In this document: one piece after another, positions 39,913 through 55,208 of the stretch
Numbering within the stretch: position 1 is the stretch's first letter
Layout: the number at the start of each line of letters is the position of its first letter
Assembly: GCA_001244265.2 (NCBI GenBank)
Contig: CDLV01000011.1
Coordinates: 806,001-870,000, forward strand
DNA: 64,000 nucleotides
Source of the DNA: Microbotryum violaceum
Lineage: Eukaryota
Direction of reading: 5' to 3'
The notes under the pieces: generated by a model
Databases searched by the model: none
Told to the model about the DNA's origin: nothing
What the model saw: the letters and a program-made list of their open reading frames with translations, nothing else
Made by a program: the position numbers and the translations under genes

Positions 39913-42900
39913 TCAGAGACAACATTTACTCGAACTTGGGAAGAGGAACGCAGTCTATCTCCATCCCCGTGTCCACAAGGATCATCATTTTCACTTGCAT
40001 CATCTGCTTCAGAACGAAAAGGAAGGGAAAATAGCCCTCACTTACAATCGTAGTGACCTTTTGGGTTCAATGCCCAATTCGGGAAGAGGTATTGCTTTCC
40101 TGCGCCGCCGTTTATGGTGAAGGTCGAGATGAAAATCATGAAATCCGTTCCACCCTATCGCCATGACCAAAGGGTGGGGCGAACTTTCAATCAAACGACG
40201 CAACATGAAAGGGTTCACACTGATCACTGATGGGGTTTCCTCTTACTCACATCCAGAGCGGCGGCCATCAAGTAATTGTACTTGCGGAAGAAAGTCGAGC
40301 GTTTTCGTCGGAGGTAGAACTGCGCGTAGATCGCGAGGAGGAACGAGACGAAAACGCTGGAATTGATACCGACCTGTGTTGGCCGAAAACAATGTCACAT
40401 CTCAGTAGGGGGGGGGGGGGGGGTAGAGAGTGGTCCGTTGGGAAGGAAAACGTACCGAGAGATAGCCTAGACATCTGCACATCTCGGGTGTGACTATCTG
40501 ATTGAGGCATAAGTTGGGCCAGAAGTGGTGGCCGATGTAGAATGGGAGGGGGACGAGCAGGCCTAGGACTACGGAAGCGGGTGGTATGTGTTAGCCGCAA
40601 GCAATGCGATCAAGATTTCCGCGTTACTCACGGATTCCGAGGGGTATGATGAAGTATTTATTGTCTAAAAGACGGAAAGCAAAAATGATTTAAGATTCAT
40701 TCTCGGGTTCAATCGTGGGGCCGAAGATTACTTACGGGGACCATAATGCGCGAGGTGGGTGACAGAAATCGAAGGTCAGCTCATGCCCAACTAGCGGCGC
40801 TGATACGTTCCAAGGTTCAACTGACCATCTCCTTGCCTAGAGCTCCCCAACTATTTTCGGAGACTCTTTTAATTTGAGATCAACAAGATTACGAACCAAG
40901 CAAGGACTCACGCGATGGCCTGAGCAAGTCAACAAAAACGGCCTCGAAGCGGAGATCAGCTTCGCGCTGTTTCGGGGTGACCTATTGCTGAAGCGGACGT
41001 ACCTGAGTGTTGTAAGACTGTACATAACCTGACCATAAATTGGTTCCTTCAACGTCGAGCAAGACTTCACGCTGCGAGCTGACGATCGAGTTCATCTGCG
41101 GCGTGAAATCGTTCTTCTTAGCTCAGCCGGTGAAAGCGAGCAACTCAACGAGGAAGCGAGACTGACAACGACGAGATTGAGGACCGATCCGAGAAGAGTA
41201 CCGACGGCTTGAAGCGCCTGCGACGACCGGGAAAACCCATATGTTGATCACCTTTAGCTAAAGGTCAGTCCATCCACGGTGTAGGAGCTCACTCACAAAC
41301 AATGCGCGTGGAGGCACCTGTATCCGCATATCGGGAAGGTGCTCTTCCCATCAGCGTCCCAGGGCAGATTTCGCAGCAGAGATGCGCAGCAGATGCTTAC
41401 CTTGGTGTACTGCAAGTAACCCCAACCCAATAATTTCCGACTGATATCATAAACTAGTTGGCACAGCTATGAAAACGCTGGGTAGGCTCACCTGGCCGAG
41501 CTGCGAAAGCAATCGCGACAGAAGCTGTCCAGTCAGTCGCCGCTAGTCTCGTGACCAGTCAGAGAGTAACTCACTTTGAGATCCTTGACCATCAGAGATC
41601 CCTGCGCCACGCTGTTGCTACTGTAGAGCTACGATAGTAGACCAAGCTTCAGAAACCGCTCGACTGACTTATTTGAATGATCCCGCTCACTCCGAAATAA
41701 AGACTCGCACGAGCGTTGCCTGGCACGAGCGCAGATCCGAGCCTATCAAGCGACCAGATTTTGGCATGCGAGTTCAAAGATCAAATGCGGCTCCGTCAAA
41801 CAAAGTACAGACTCGTTTCCCTCACATTTGGCACAGGGTCGATCCCGAGCTGTGAAACCCGGTGACGGCGGTCATGATGGACAACATTGCCCCTCACGAA
41901 GCCCAATCTGAGTTAGGTGTTCCCAAATCCGATGACTGCGAGCAGACTCACCGGGCAGCTCGACGAGCGCGAATAGAACGCCAATGAGCAGCGCATACCA
42001 AGGCATACCCGAGTGACCAGCGTAGAGCGTCGCGAGAGCTATCACGAATGCTCCTATGGCGGTGGCGAGGTAGACTCACATGGGACACTCGGGATCTGGT
42101 GGATCGTAACGGGTTTTTCATTAGTTTGAGGACGGATTTGACAGGTCTGTCAGGAAGAGCTTGCGTACATGCTTGCATCTTCAAGTAGTGCAGGTCGTTA
42201 TGAATTTTGCCGCGCCATTGGCGCCACGCTTCGACGAGGTCTTTGCGCTACCATCTGAGATTCATCATCAGTCAGCTTTTTGCCAATTGACTCTATAGTT
42301 CGCTCGTGCAGCTTACACAAAGACGTGCATGAAGGATGCACCAATACTAAGGTTGAGCCCAAAGTATAGCACTGCAAACAACTCTAGATCAGCGTTGATA
42401 CGACTGTCGTGCAGCATCAGGGAAACTTGCCTGCGTTGCTCCAAGCGTAAGAGGGAAGACCTGTTGGGGTCGACTCGGCGCCGGATCAGCTACTCTTGCG
42501 TTTGCGAGCTCGAGATTCACTTCGAGAGCGGTAACCACCTACCCTGCTCCCCTAGCGCGGTTTTGTTGAGATCGAATTTTGAATCGAGGATTAAACTCGC
42601 ATTGTAGACGCTCCCATTCTGAAAGAAGGGAAGACGCAGGGCAGAATTTTCTGCATGAGCGGCGGCTGGGATGGGAGGATCGTCCTCACTAGCGATGTCT
42701 CTAACCTCGTGAAAAAGACTCTGACCCATGAAGGGAAGACTTTTGGCGTTCCAGACGTTGGTAAAGCTGTCGGGTAGTGGCGTATAAGGCCACTTTTTCA
42801 GAGACACTTGCTGGCGCATTGGAATTGCGCAGCACGAAGGGCCGAGACTCACTAGCCCCACACGACGATGGTGAAACAGAGCACGACCCCAATTCCCTGC

Positions 42901-45261
42901 GAGACCATCGTTGCCCAGGGGGGATACAGCGTTGCTGGGAGAAGAGAGAAACGCACGGCTTCGGTTATTGCTACTCGAGCGGACGGCACTTCGAAAGAGA
43001 GCGCAGGCGCACCCGAGGTGATTTGCAGCCAGTCGAACCCGATCGAAAAGAGGCCAAGTCCTTCGTTGGCGTTGGTGCCCCCAAAGATGCGCGTGAAGTC
43101 GGGGTTTGTACGGTCGACGAGACTGCCGCGATGAGTGGGAGGGCTTCAGCTCCGAAAGCATGAGGGATGGAGAGTGCACCTAGTTGAAACGCACCAAAAG
43201 ATGCTGATCCCCGTCACCGTCGGGGCGATGATTTCGGGGAACCACTCCCAGACAAAGATGCACGCAAACACCTGACAGAGTGAGCAGAGTGAATGGCTGT
43301 TAGGAAGATTTCGGGGGAGAACCGACCGGGAAACAACGCGGGGAGAGCTCACGATCCAAAAGAACTTGTAACGGCGCCACTGCGAGCGCAGATCCTTTTC
43401 ACGACTGCAGCAAAATTACCCCGCGGCGGGGGCGGGGGGTGGGGCGGGGGTGACCTTCGGTCGATCGTCTTGAAAACCACACAGTCGAAGAGGAACGTGT
43501 ACTCACTGCAACGTTTCGAGCAGGCTCACGGATGGAATGAGGGTGCAAAAGTGGGATAGACGAGGATGGATCGGTACAGACCACCGAGGCCATAACCAAA
43601 GAACTGGGACACTGCACGGGTGGGGCAGAGGGGTTTTTCTTGGTCAATCCTTGGTCAATCTCGGGTAAAAGGGTATGTGACCCGTAGCTCACTCACCGAT
43701 GAGCGTCGAGATCGCGATTCCGTAGCTGGGGGTGATATTGTCTACGAAGGAGAAAGGCGTGTTCGCTCAGCTGCAACGCCTTCCGGGAACGAGTTAACCG
43801 AGTCGTACAGTAGAGTTTTTCGACGGCAAAGGTGGAGATGGCGAGCGCACCACTGCTCCCCGTCGACGCCATGACGGTGATGCAGACGTGTTCCTTGATG
43901 TTGAACGGCCCCGGGTTCAGCACGGCCCAGATGCGACCCTGTTCGGCCTTGGGAGGATCCGGTGCCACGCAGTGCCGATGACTGTTCGAACGGGGCCAGA
44001 CCCCCAGGGGGAGTGGAGGTGGGATTTCCCAGTTAGTGTTTCCAGCAACCCGCCTGTGAAAAACCTGGAAGCTTTGTTCCCGCACTGTAGGCAATGATTT
44101 GCACTGAGCGGAGGTGCGGCACCCGGGGTCACGGGATCAGTTGAAACGTGCTGCGAAGCCGCCTGGGACGAACGAAACGTACGGAACAGACTCGAGACTT
44201 CGTACACCTGGGGTCGGAATGTGAGAATCTCGGCCAAGATGGCGCCAACTTTTGGTTTTGTGGTCGATCACAATGCGAAGGGGTTCATCGAAATGCCAAT
44301 GGTTGGCGTCAGCGCTACAAGCTTCGTGAGCACACAGACCCGGCGGACAGGGGACCAGCCACGTCCCGAACGACGTACAGCACGTCAGTCTCCGCATGTG
44401 GACGGGAAGCGTCTGATCATCCTCGAGCGAGATAAGGCTGTCGTTGTGGGGTGAGTTGTGAAAAGGGACCGCGTGACCTGGGGTCAGTCCAGTTCAATCG
44501 GAGAGCCCGAGGGATGTTCGACGGCCGTGCCCGTACGTACCGGGTCGAATAATCGTGGGCGGTTTGGATGACACGCTGGGGGTCGCGCGGAAAATTCGTC
44601 ACCAGGTAAGCTCGGGAAATGCGGAGCTAGTTATCCACATCAATACGCGGACTTTTGCGGCCGCGGCCGTCCCACTCGGCACGTCGGCGCGCCCGTCAGT
44701 ACTCGCTGTCCTCCCCGCCCCCGGAGCACGTGCGTGCGCACCACCCCCTGTCTCCCCCGGTCCCCTCTGGCACTCGCTCTCCCGAACCCGAAGGCTTGGC
44801 TCGAGTGCGCCTACGCCCACTGGTCGCGACTCAGCAAGCTGCTCACGTCCTCGTGGGTCAAATAGAGCAACGTTTTTTTTTTTTTTTGGCAGCCATCGCG
44901 CACAACGTATCGACATATGTGACTTGAATCCATTCGACCGGAGCATCGAAGGCAGGCTCACCTCCTTGCCATCCGGGTCGAGGAATTCGGGGTCCAAATC
45001 ATCGACGTCGACGAAAGCGGCGTCGACCTGGACGTGGCGCTCAGCGGAGGCATGGGCGTTCGCTTGCCTGAGCACCCGTTTTTCGGTCTCGATCAACGAC
45101 TCAGCAGGGCCCTTTTGGCCGTCCTTCTCGGTCGCGGGGTCGAGATCGAGTTTGTTTTCGGCGGCGCTCGTGGAGGATTCGAGCGAGGGGCCCGCGGCCG
45201 GGGCGGCGGTCGCTTGGCGGAGGCGGAGGGGGAATCCCAGATGGGAGAAGCTTTTAGGCAT
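39913..45261 (-). CDS. OPT-family oligopeptide transporter, very intron-rich
   Basis: LNPGPFNIKEHV; WEWFPEIIAP; DLKLGQYTKVPPR; FRKYNYLMAAALDGGT; FPNWALNP..YDYC; not every exon verified. Confidence 0.88.
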
Positions 45262-45853
45262 GGGCAACTGTTGGGTTGGCCGCTTTGTAGGTATGCGTTG
45301 TGCTGCAAAGACAAAGCCGAATCGAAGGGCAGGTGAGAGGGAGCCTTTTTCGAGTTTCGGGTAACGGCTTCGGGTACCTTACCCGGAACTGTCGAGAAAG
45401 GCTTGATTTCATTCACCATCGCCACACGGAAATCAGCTGCCCACTGCTGACAGGAAAAAAGGGAGGGGGGCGGGCCGAGGGGCAGTAGGCGCTCGTCGCG
45501 GTATTCGCCGCCTTCGCCGCCGCTAGCTGGAGCAAGAGGACTGGGGCCCCGCCGGCGCGCTGAGGGTTTTAGTCTATCAAGAGGTATTTCCACAGTGCCG
45601 ATTCCCCGAGACTCGGTGGCACCAACTTGTCACGTGGAGACATCTCGGTGGCTACCTTGCTACACCGGTCCCTCGTAGGTGTTTATGGCGCAGTCTCGAA
45701 CAGGAAAAGGAGAAACCTCTTTCGGGCGAGCCACTGCACTTAGTGCGTTTTTTTCGGTCTGCATTCGCATCTCGGCCGACGTCGTGTTCACTGATCGGAC
45801 GAGCTCGTGTCCAGTCTGCCAAATCCACGACCCACTGGAGCTCGAGATGGAAC

Positions 45854-46452
45854 CAAGGCTTCTCATAGGATCAGATCTGATCTTTTTTTTTTCCAATCCG
45901 CGTTGATCTATCCTTTCTTGATCCTATCCAGAAGGATCAATTTGATCTGAGACATTTAACTGCCTTATATGGCAACAGATGACTACATCTCACTAGTTGT
46001 CGCTATCGGTGTTGAACGCATCATTCTCACTACTACCACCAATATTGTGGCCATCATAACTATCTCATCCTCGTCGGCACCACCATTATCATCATCATCA
46101 TCCGAAATGATCACCTCACTGATTCGCCTTTTTTTATGAGCTCCGACTCGGATTGCGCGCGTTGCCCTCGCCGGTGTAGGTGGGTTTCGCATGACATCTA
46201 CAAAATGCGAACATAATTTTATAGTTAGTTTAGACTTATGTAACAAAGGTCATGTCGAATAATGGTACATGCCCTGTAGCGCGCTCTTGTGAACGGCAGG
46301 TATCAGTTAAAGGGCTATCTACCAAGTAGCGGCGCTACATCGCCTCCCCCCCCCCCCTTTTTTTTTTTTTTTTTTTTTCCGAGGCTTGATCTATCTTATC
46401 TTGATCCTGCCCAGCTAGGATCAGGATCAATCTGATCCTATGAGAAGCCTTG
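45854..46452. mobile_element. Non-autonomous hAT-type DNA transposon (MITE), 599 bp
   Basis: TIR CAAGGCTTCTCATAGGATCAGAT at both ends; 8-bp TSD GATGGAAC at 45846-45853 and 46453-46460. Confidence 0.92.
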
Positions 46453-46832
46453 GATGGAACCCTCGTGGGCCCGCCACTGCAGACCAGTCGTCCTCGCGTC
46501 GGATTGCCGACTCGGCTATTGGCGGCATACAATGGCCGATGATAGGCCATCTCACCCGAGATCCCTTCCCAGCTCACTTGCGCCCTAGGGATCATGCTCA
46601 AGAGTCAAGGCCGAATCGGCGTGTGGGAGTGACTTCGGTGCCGAGCCTCGGAAGCGCCTTGCTTGCGGGAGGGAAAAGCGACGTGGCGCAATATTACCAG
46701 AGAGGGAAGGCGGGCATATGCTTTTTTTGTTTTCTAGTTTTTGTTTTCATGAATTGCAATCCTTCGGGTTGGCTGGGCCTGATACAAACGGAGCAAAAAG
46801 AGGTTCTCAGCAACAGCTGGGTAAAAAATTAA

Positions 46833-48062
46833 GAGAAAAGGACAAAAATGCCCTCGAAAGATAGCGAAAGGACAGAAATGCCCTCGCTTCTTTTCATGAG
46901 GACAGAAATGCCCTTCTCTAAAGGACCAAAATGCCTTCGGATTCTCGACTTCTGTAATACTTGATATATCAGCTCATAACCAAGAGGTTAGCTTCTTGTA
47001 GTCGTTGTGATCAGCGCCGTATACTCAGAATCCCCAGAGATGTCGTGAGAAGCCAGTTATCACGGTCGCAAAGTCAGGGGTCCTCATCGATCGTCGACGC
47101 GTCGAGGCGCGCGAGTTCACGAATCGACGTTGGCCACCTTCCGCATTCTCGCCCCGACCCCGAAGTCACCACCGACTTTCGACAATGGAACATTCTTTCA
47201 GGGAGGGGGAAAGTCTCTAGAAGGAGCTCACAGATGCGGGCCATCAATATGCGCTTGATCACCAGTTTCAGCGACATTCGCAAGTCTGACATGCGTCGTG
47301 AGTAAGAGTGTCCAATATCCTCCGTGCTCCTTCTGTGCCACTGCTGTCTCCAAAGGAGAATGCAGTGTTTGGACCATCATTGTCTTTAATGAAGCCCACA
47401 GTCACCGATCGCTGCTGTACACCGGCGACAGCAAGAGCAGACTTACGCGACACCGCTCCAACCTGTTCCATCTCGGGCCGAATGGAAGCTGCATCGTCTT
47501 CCTCGTGAGCGTCATGAGGTCATGGTGAAGTGGACGATAGTGACTCAACTGGCGAAGGAGAGGGTGTCATTATCATTTCGTCACATCTCTCCAAGCGTAT
47601 ACGACGTCCGATCAAACGCAGGTTCCGGGGTGCGGACGAGAGGTCCAAGCGCGACACGATCTGTGGTCTCTGCAAAGGCCCCGGACACAACCGAGTTACA
47701 TGCGATAGATAGATAGACCACTTGAATCTGAGCATAAGGCGTCAAGACTGTCAATGCTATTACTGCTGGCCTTTTTCAAATGGAATTCACTCGGTCTATA
47801 CTCATCGCTCGCTTTCGACTTGGACTCGCTTCAGTCGCGATAGGGCCCTGACTTTGCAACCGTGATATACGAATTCTCACGGCATCTCTGGGGATTCTGA
47901 GTATACGGCGCTGATCACAACGACTACAAGAAGCTAACCTCTTGGTTATGAGCTGATATATCAAGTATTACAGAAGTCGAGAATCCGAAGGCATTTTGGT
48001 CCTTTCGAGAAGGGCATTTCTGTCCTCATGAAAAGAAGCGAGGGCATTTTTGTCCTTTTCTC
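46833..48062 (+). mobile_element. Internally deleted Mutator-like element (MULE), 1230 bp
   Basis: TIRs of about 230-250 bp starting GAGAAAAGGAC; 9-bp TSD AAAAATTAA (46824-46832, 48063-48071); transposase remnants including CGLCKGPGHNRVTC. Confidence 0.93.
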
Positions 48063-49451
48063 AAAAATTAAACCCCTGCATGCTGCGGGGAAAGAGCGCT
48101 GCGCAGATCAAACCTCGCCGAACATGTAAGGTATGCGCCTCTGATATGCATATAATCCAATCCGTCGTTCTTGACCGCTAGGCTAAAAGCAAGTCGTAAC
48201 CAGAACTCGGTAGTTCTAGCTACTCAGAGGCTACTTATAGGGCTGTTCTGTAAGGCATCCCCTTACAGAACACCTAACTCGGACTCCAACGAGGGGTGCA
48301 TCTGCAGTCGCTTCACATCCCGAATCGGGAGCGAAGATAGGCGAGAACCAGGGAGCACCTAGAAATAGAGCACCTGACATATTCAACAGACCACGTTCAG
48401 AAACACGGGGAAATAGAAATACCAAGACAAAGGGGAGGAGGAAGGAGGGAGGGCGAGAAACCCCCGAGGGGCCAAGGGAGGGGTCGGACCAAAGATGTAG
48501 TTCCCCAGGGACTAACAGGCCGTCGCGAAGCCCCAGTTAATCGTCACCAACGGCACCTGGATCCTCCCTTGACTGAGTCTTGAGCGCTGGAGCGCTGGCT
48601 CTCGCGCCGTCGAGCGGAGCGAACGATCAAAAAAGCGAGCCTCGCCATATCGCGAGAATCTTGACCAAAGCGAGCGATCCTTCTTGCCGCTCAATCCGTC
48701 GCGACTAATTGGGAGCCGAATGTAGGAAAAAGAAAAACGGGGTGTGGCCTAAAAGAATTCTAACATCTGAGCCACACGCTCCTGACTCCGATGGCGGGAC
48801 ATGGCGTGGGACTCGAGCCATCGACCCAAGGGATCATCGACCAAAGCCCAACTTCTAATCTACTACATATTCGAACGTCTCTACTCAACCTCTCTTGGCT
48901 TCATTCAGCAAGCACGCCGACGCTCCTTTCTCAGAAGTTGCAGCCGGCAACCCCCCCTCCCCCCCCCTCGCCTCTGTATAAGTGTACATAGGCGTGTAAG
49001 CCTGAGAGCAGTATACCTATGGCAACTTCGTTCGAACGCGTTCGGACGACATTGGACGCTCCGCGGCCTGCTTCGTTGCGAAACCCCTTCCTTCGCCCAT
49101 GGCGGACTCAGTGCACGTCGAGTCGATGCGGAGTAGGACAGTGTACAATACATCAATGACAAAGCCGAAAAGACTATCGGCTCATGGCGGTCAACTAAAG
49201 CGAGTGATCAAAAAGTTGGATTGCCCTACCTAGGCCAAGAAAACACAGAGAACGAATGCAAGTGATGAACAAGCGTGCAAAGACCGTGTATGCGGAAAAG
49301 GGGCCGTGTGACGATTGATGAAAGAATCAAAGTTCCGCCGAGGAAGGTGGCACGAAAAGAAACGAACGTGTGCTGAATACCGGGTATGTAGTTGGGATTG
49401 CGTTTGGGTATTGGGAGAGGGTGTGTATAAAGCGGTTGAAGGCTGGAACGA

Positions 49452-52109
<2,658 letters not shown>

Positions 52110-52880
52110 GATGGGATGGGGAGAGGTCTGTGCAGATGGGCGGGAGGAAGGGAAAGACCAGGTTCGTCGTTCGGAGGTGCGAACGGGGACGGCGGGCAAA
52201 GGGGGAACGAGCGAGAACGAGAGCGTGTCACGCGGCCGAGAGCCCAAGGCGCGGTGGTGGTTGAATGAGATTCAAATGACGTGACGCGGGTCGGTCAGTG
52301 GGGGGCATCGCACAACCCAGCACCGCGAATTCACACTGCACAGGATACCAGACGCTCACTCACCATCTCTGCGAAATCACAACGAATGAAGAGGGAGGAG
52401 CCAAAAGACAGCGTGCTGCACCGGAGCTCGCTTGCCGCGAGACGTGCAGGGTGCGCCAGGGTGCGCCACAGTGCGCCACTGGTACGGCGATGTGCTTGCA
52501 AGGCTAGAAGATGTCTTGGGCGCTTATAGTAATTAGGGGGCCCAAAGGAGCCCCGCTCAAGACATGTTAAGCTCATCACCGTTGTTGGGTCTTTCAACTG
52601 AAATTTATAAACCTGAAAAGACCTGAGATTGATGACTTGAAGATTGGAGATCGTCCATAGCAGTGTTTGCTGCTAGTAATACCTGCATTTTAACCAGACC
52701 TGATTTATTCCATTGCCAGGCAATAAATGTCAGGTTTCCGGTTCTCCGAAGCGCTCGGCTCAGCGAGCCTCAGTCGCACCAATTCTGCACGACCCGAAAC
52801 GCTCGTCGCTGGTCACAGCCCACGTCTAGCTACATTCCGAAGAGCACGCACACACACTACACCTTCCCTCCCGCCTTCTC

Positions 52881-54509
52881 TTACCCTCTCTTCCGCCTCC
52901 TCTCCTTCTCCTCCTTCCTCCTACGTTCCCTCTCCTCCTCCTCCCTCTCTTCCAACCGACTAATCCTCTCCGCCCTCCTCTCCTCCCTCTCCAATTCTTC
53001 CCCATCAACCTCCATTCCTTCCTCTTCCGAGTCACTGAGATCGAAGGGACGGGCCAGATCTTTGGATCGATCTCGACCCATGAGGCGCCAAATTTCGGAC
53101 CGGACCGAGTCGTCGAGACCGGATTTTTTGGGTTTGGAAGAAGACAACTTGGAAGGTCGTCGACGATGACGAGCGTCTTGTGACGAATCAGAGTCGGTTT
53201 CGGATTCGGAAGGTGTTTTGGAACGACGACGACTGCTCTTGCTCTTGTGCGAAGTTGAAGTGGAGGTAGAAGCTTTCGATTTCTTGGCCGGGTTCGAGGT
53301 CGAACTTGTCGTTGGGTGCCCCCCCTCGGTCTTGCGCTTCGTACCCCCCGTCGTCGCTTTCACCTCTAAGATCCCAAACTCATCCGCACTTTTCCCCTTG
53401 ACGCCACCCACGCCCACCCCCTTGGCCAATTTCCTCACCCTCATATCCCTCTCAATTTCCTCGATCGTCCTCGTATCCCTCTTCTCCGTGTTCAACTTGA
53501 CGAACTGACTGGGATCGAAACCGGGGACGTTCTTGCTCCCTTTCTTCAATGGTTTACCATGGGCCGAAGAGAGTAAAGTTCCGTTTGTAGGACGAGATGA
53601 TGTCTTTGCAGATCCGTTGGATCCAGTATTCGCTCTGATGATCTGTTTGGCCGAGATCGGCTTCGAACCCGAACCCAACGCCAAAGTCGAAGTCGAAGCT
53701 CTCGGTGAACTCTCCCTTTCCCTCTCTTCATAGACCCCCCTCTGCCTTGCCAATGCCATACTTCCGGAACCTAAACCTTCATCATCTTCCTCTCTGAACA
53801 GGGCGTCCCTCTTTTTCGCCAACTTTTGTTCGTTCGTAGGGACGGGTTTGATGGAGGAGGAAGAGGAGGAGGAGGAGGGTTTGGGGTTGGTGCGCATGGC
53901 CGAGGGAGGTATTTTGGATGCGACGGCCATGAGCTGTTTGAGGGATTGACCGGGAATCTTCGCTTTCGACGTGGGTACGTCTGGGGCCTGGTGGGTGTCG
54001 ACGAAGACCAAGGTCAGCGCCGATTGCTTACGGAGAGGGGCGTACAGTACACTGAGGGCGTACACTGACTGGGTTCCCTGCCTCGAGCTTGTTCAAGATC
54101 CAATCATCCCTGCCATCCTCATTCAAACCCCTCTTCCTCCTCTCCATTTTCAACTCTGTCAAATTCCTCGTCTTCGGAAGCGGTCTCAACCTCGTCCGTT
54201 CCTCCACCTCCGTCTCCCTTGCTAATCTCTCCCTACGACGTCTTTCGATTTCGGCTTGACGTTGACGTTCTTTTTGTAGGTTCGATCGTTCGGCTTCCTC
54301 TGCGGCGAGTTGCCGCTTTTGTAAGGTTTGAGTTAGCTCGAGTTGGGATTTGGCGGTGTCCTTGGTCGCTTGGGCTAGGAGCGCTTTGAACGAGGACTGG
54401 GGTGGGGCAAGTGGGAGGAAGGAGGTCAGTCGGGCTCCGGGATCGGGGGTTAGGGGGGTTGAAGGCCCTCTACGGGGTGGGTTAAACAGAGTTTTTGACT
54501 TGCATTCAT
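52881..54509 (-). CDS. SPT2: Spt2-like chromatin protein
   Basis: SSFKALLAQA N-terminus; KLNTEKRDTRTIEEI; C-terminal EIWRLMGRDR...DSEEEGMEVDGEELEREERRAERISRLEE. Confidence 0.8.
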
Positions 54510-54720
54510 GAGGCCGATGACACCGAGAGAGGAACGAAGAGAAAGAGGGATGCGGACGCGCTTCTCCGAGAGTGTCGGCTCCCCCAGACGAGGTGGAGGG
54601 GATGCGCGGGGTACGGTGTGCACGGTCCTGGTTTGTGGCGTTCGTTCGTTCAAATTAGGGTGTGCTCGGAGCACTCTTGAAGGCGCTGCAGGATTTCAAG
54701 AGAGTTTGCCGGGAGACGGG

Positions 54721-54895
54721 CGAGAGAGCGAGAGAGCGAGAGAGCGAGAGAGCGAGAGTCGAGTGAGGTGGGAGAAGGGCACGAGCGCGTGTCCGAGCGC
54801 GTGTCCGAGCGCAAGACCAGCGCGCAAGAGCGTGAACAGGCAGTGAACAGGCGTGAACAGGCGAGAACAGGCGTGAAAGTGACGCGCGTGAACAC
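54721..54895. repeat. GA-rich microsatellite plus 10-12 bp tandem units (CGAGCGCGTGTC, GTGAACAGGC) in the SPT2-VTI1 divergent promoter
   Basis: Directly visible. Confidence 0.8.
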
Positions 54896-55208
54896 GAAAG
54901 AGAAGCGCGATCAGCAAATCCGTCAGCGTGCTCCCGGGCTTGCTTTTAAAGTTAGGCACAGACTTGTCATCCCATTCGGCTCACAGCCCGAGATTCGTTG
55001 GACCTATTCGGAACTCTCCTCTATAGGCGGTCTATCCCGAGGGCCTCGCTCGGATTGCCACGACCGATCTCCCTAAGACAGGCGCCCGACCCGAGACGTG
55101 GATCGCTCATTCAATCCCACATCCCATCCACGTACAACACCCCCCTCGGCTCCTCTTTGACCTCACCGCATTCCGACCACTCCTACACCCCTTCGAACCT
55201 AGACCAAG

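Noticed and set aside
44576..44961. End-closing stem in the 386-nt OPT first intron
   Set aside because: Only a weak pairing (TCGATACG/CGTATTGA); not convincing without folding statistics
46961..47964. Twin ORFs MIYQLITKRLASC on both strands
   Set aside because: Artefact of the MULE terminal inverted repeats
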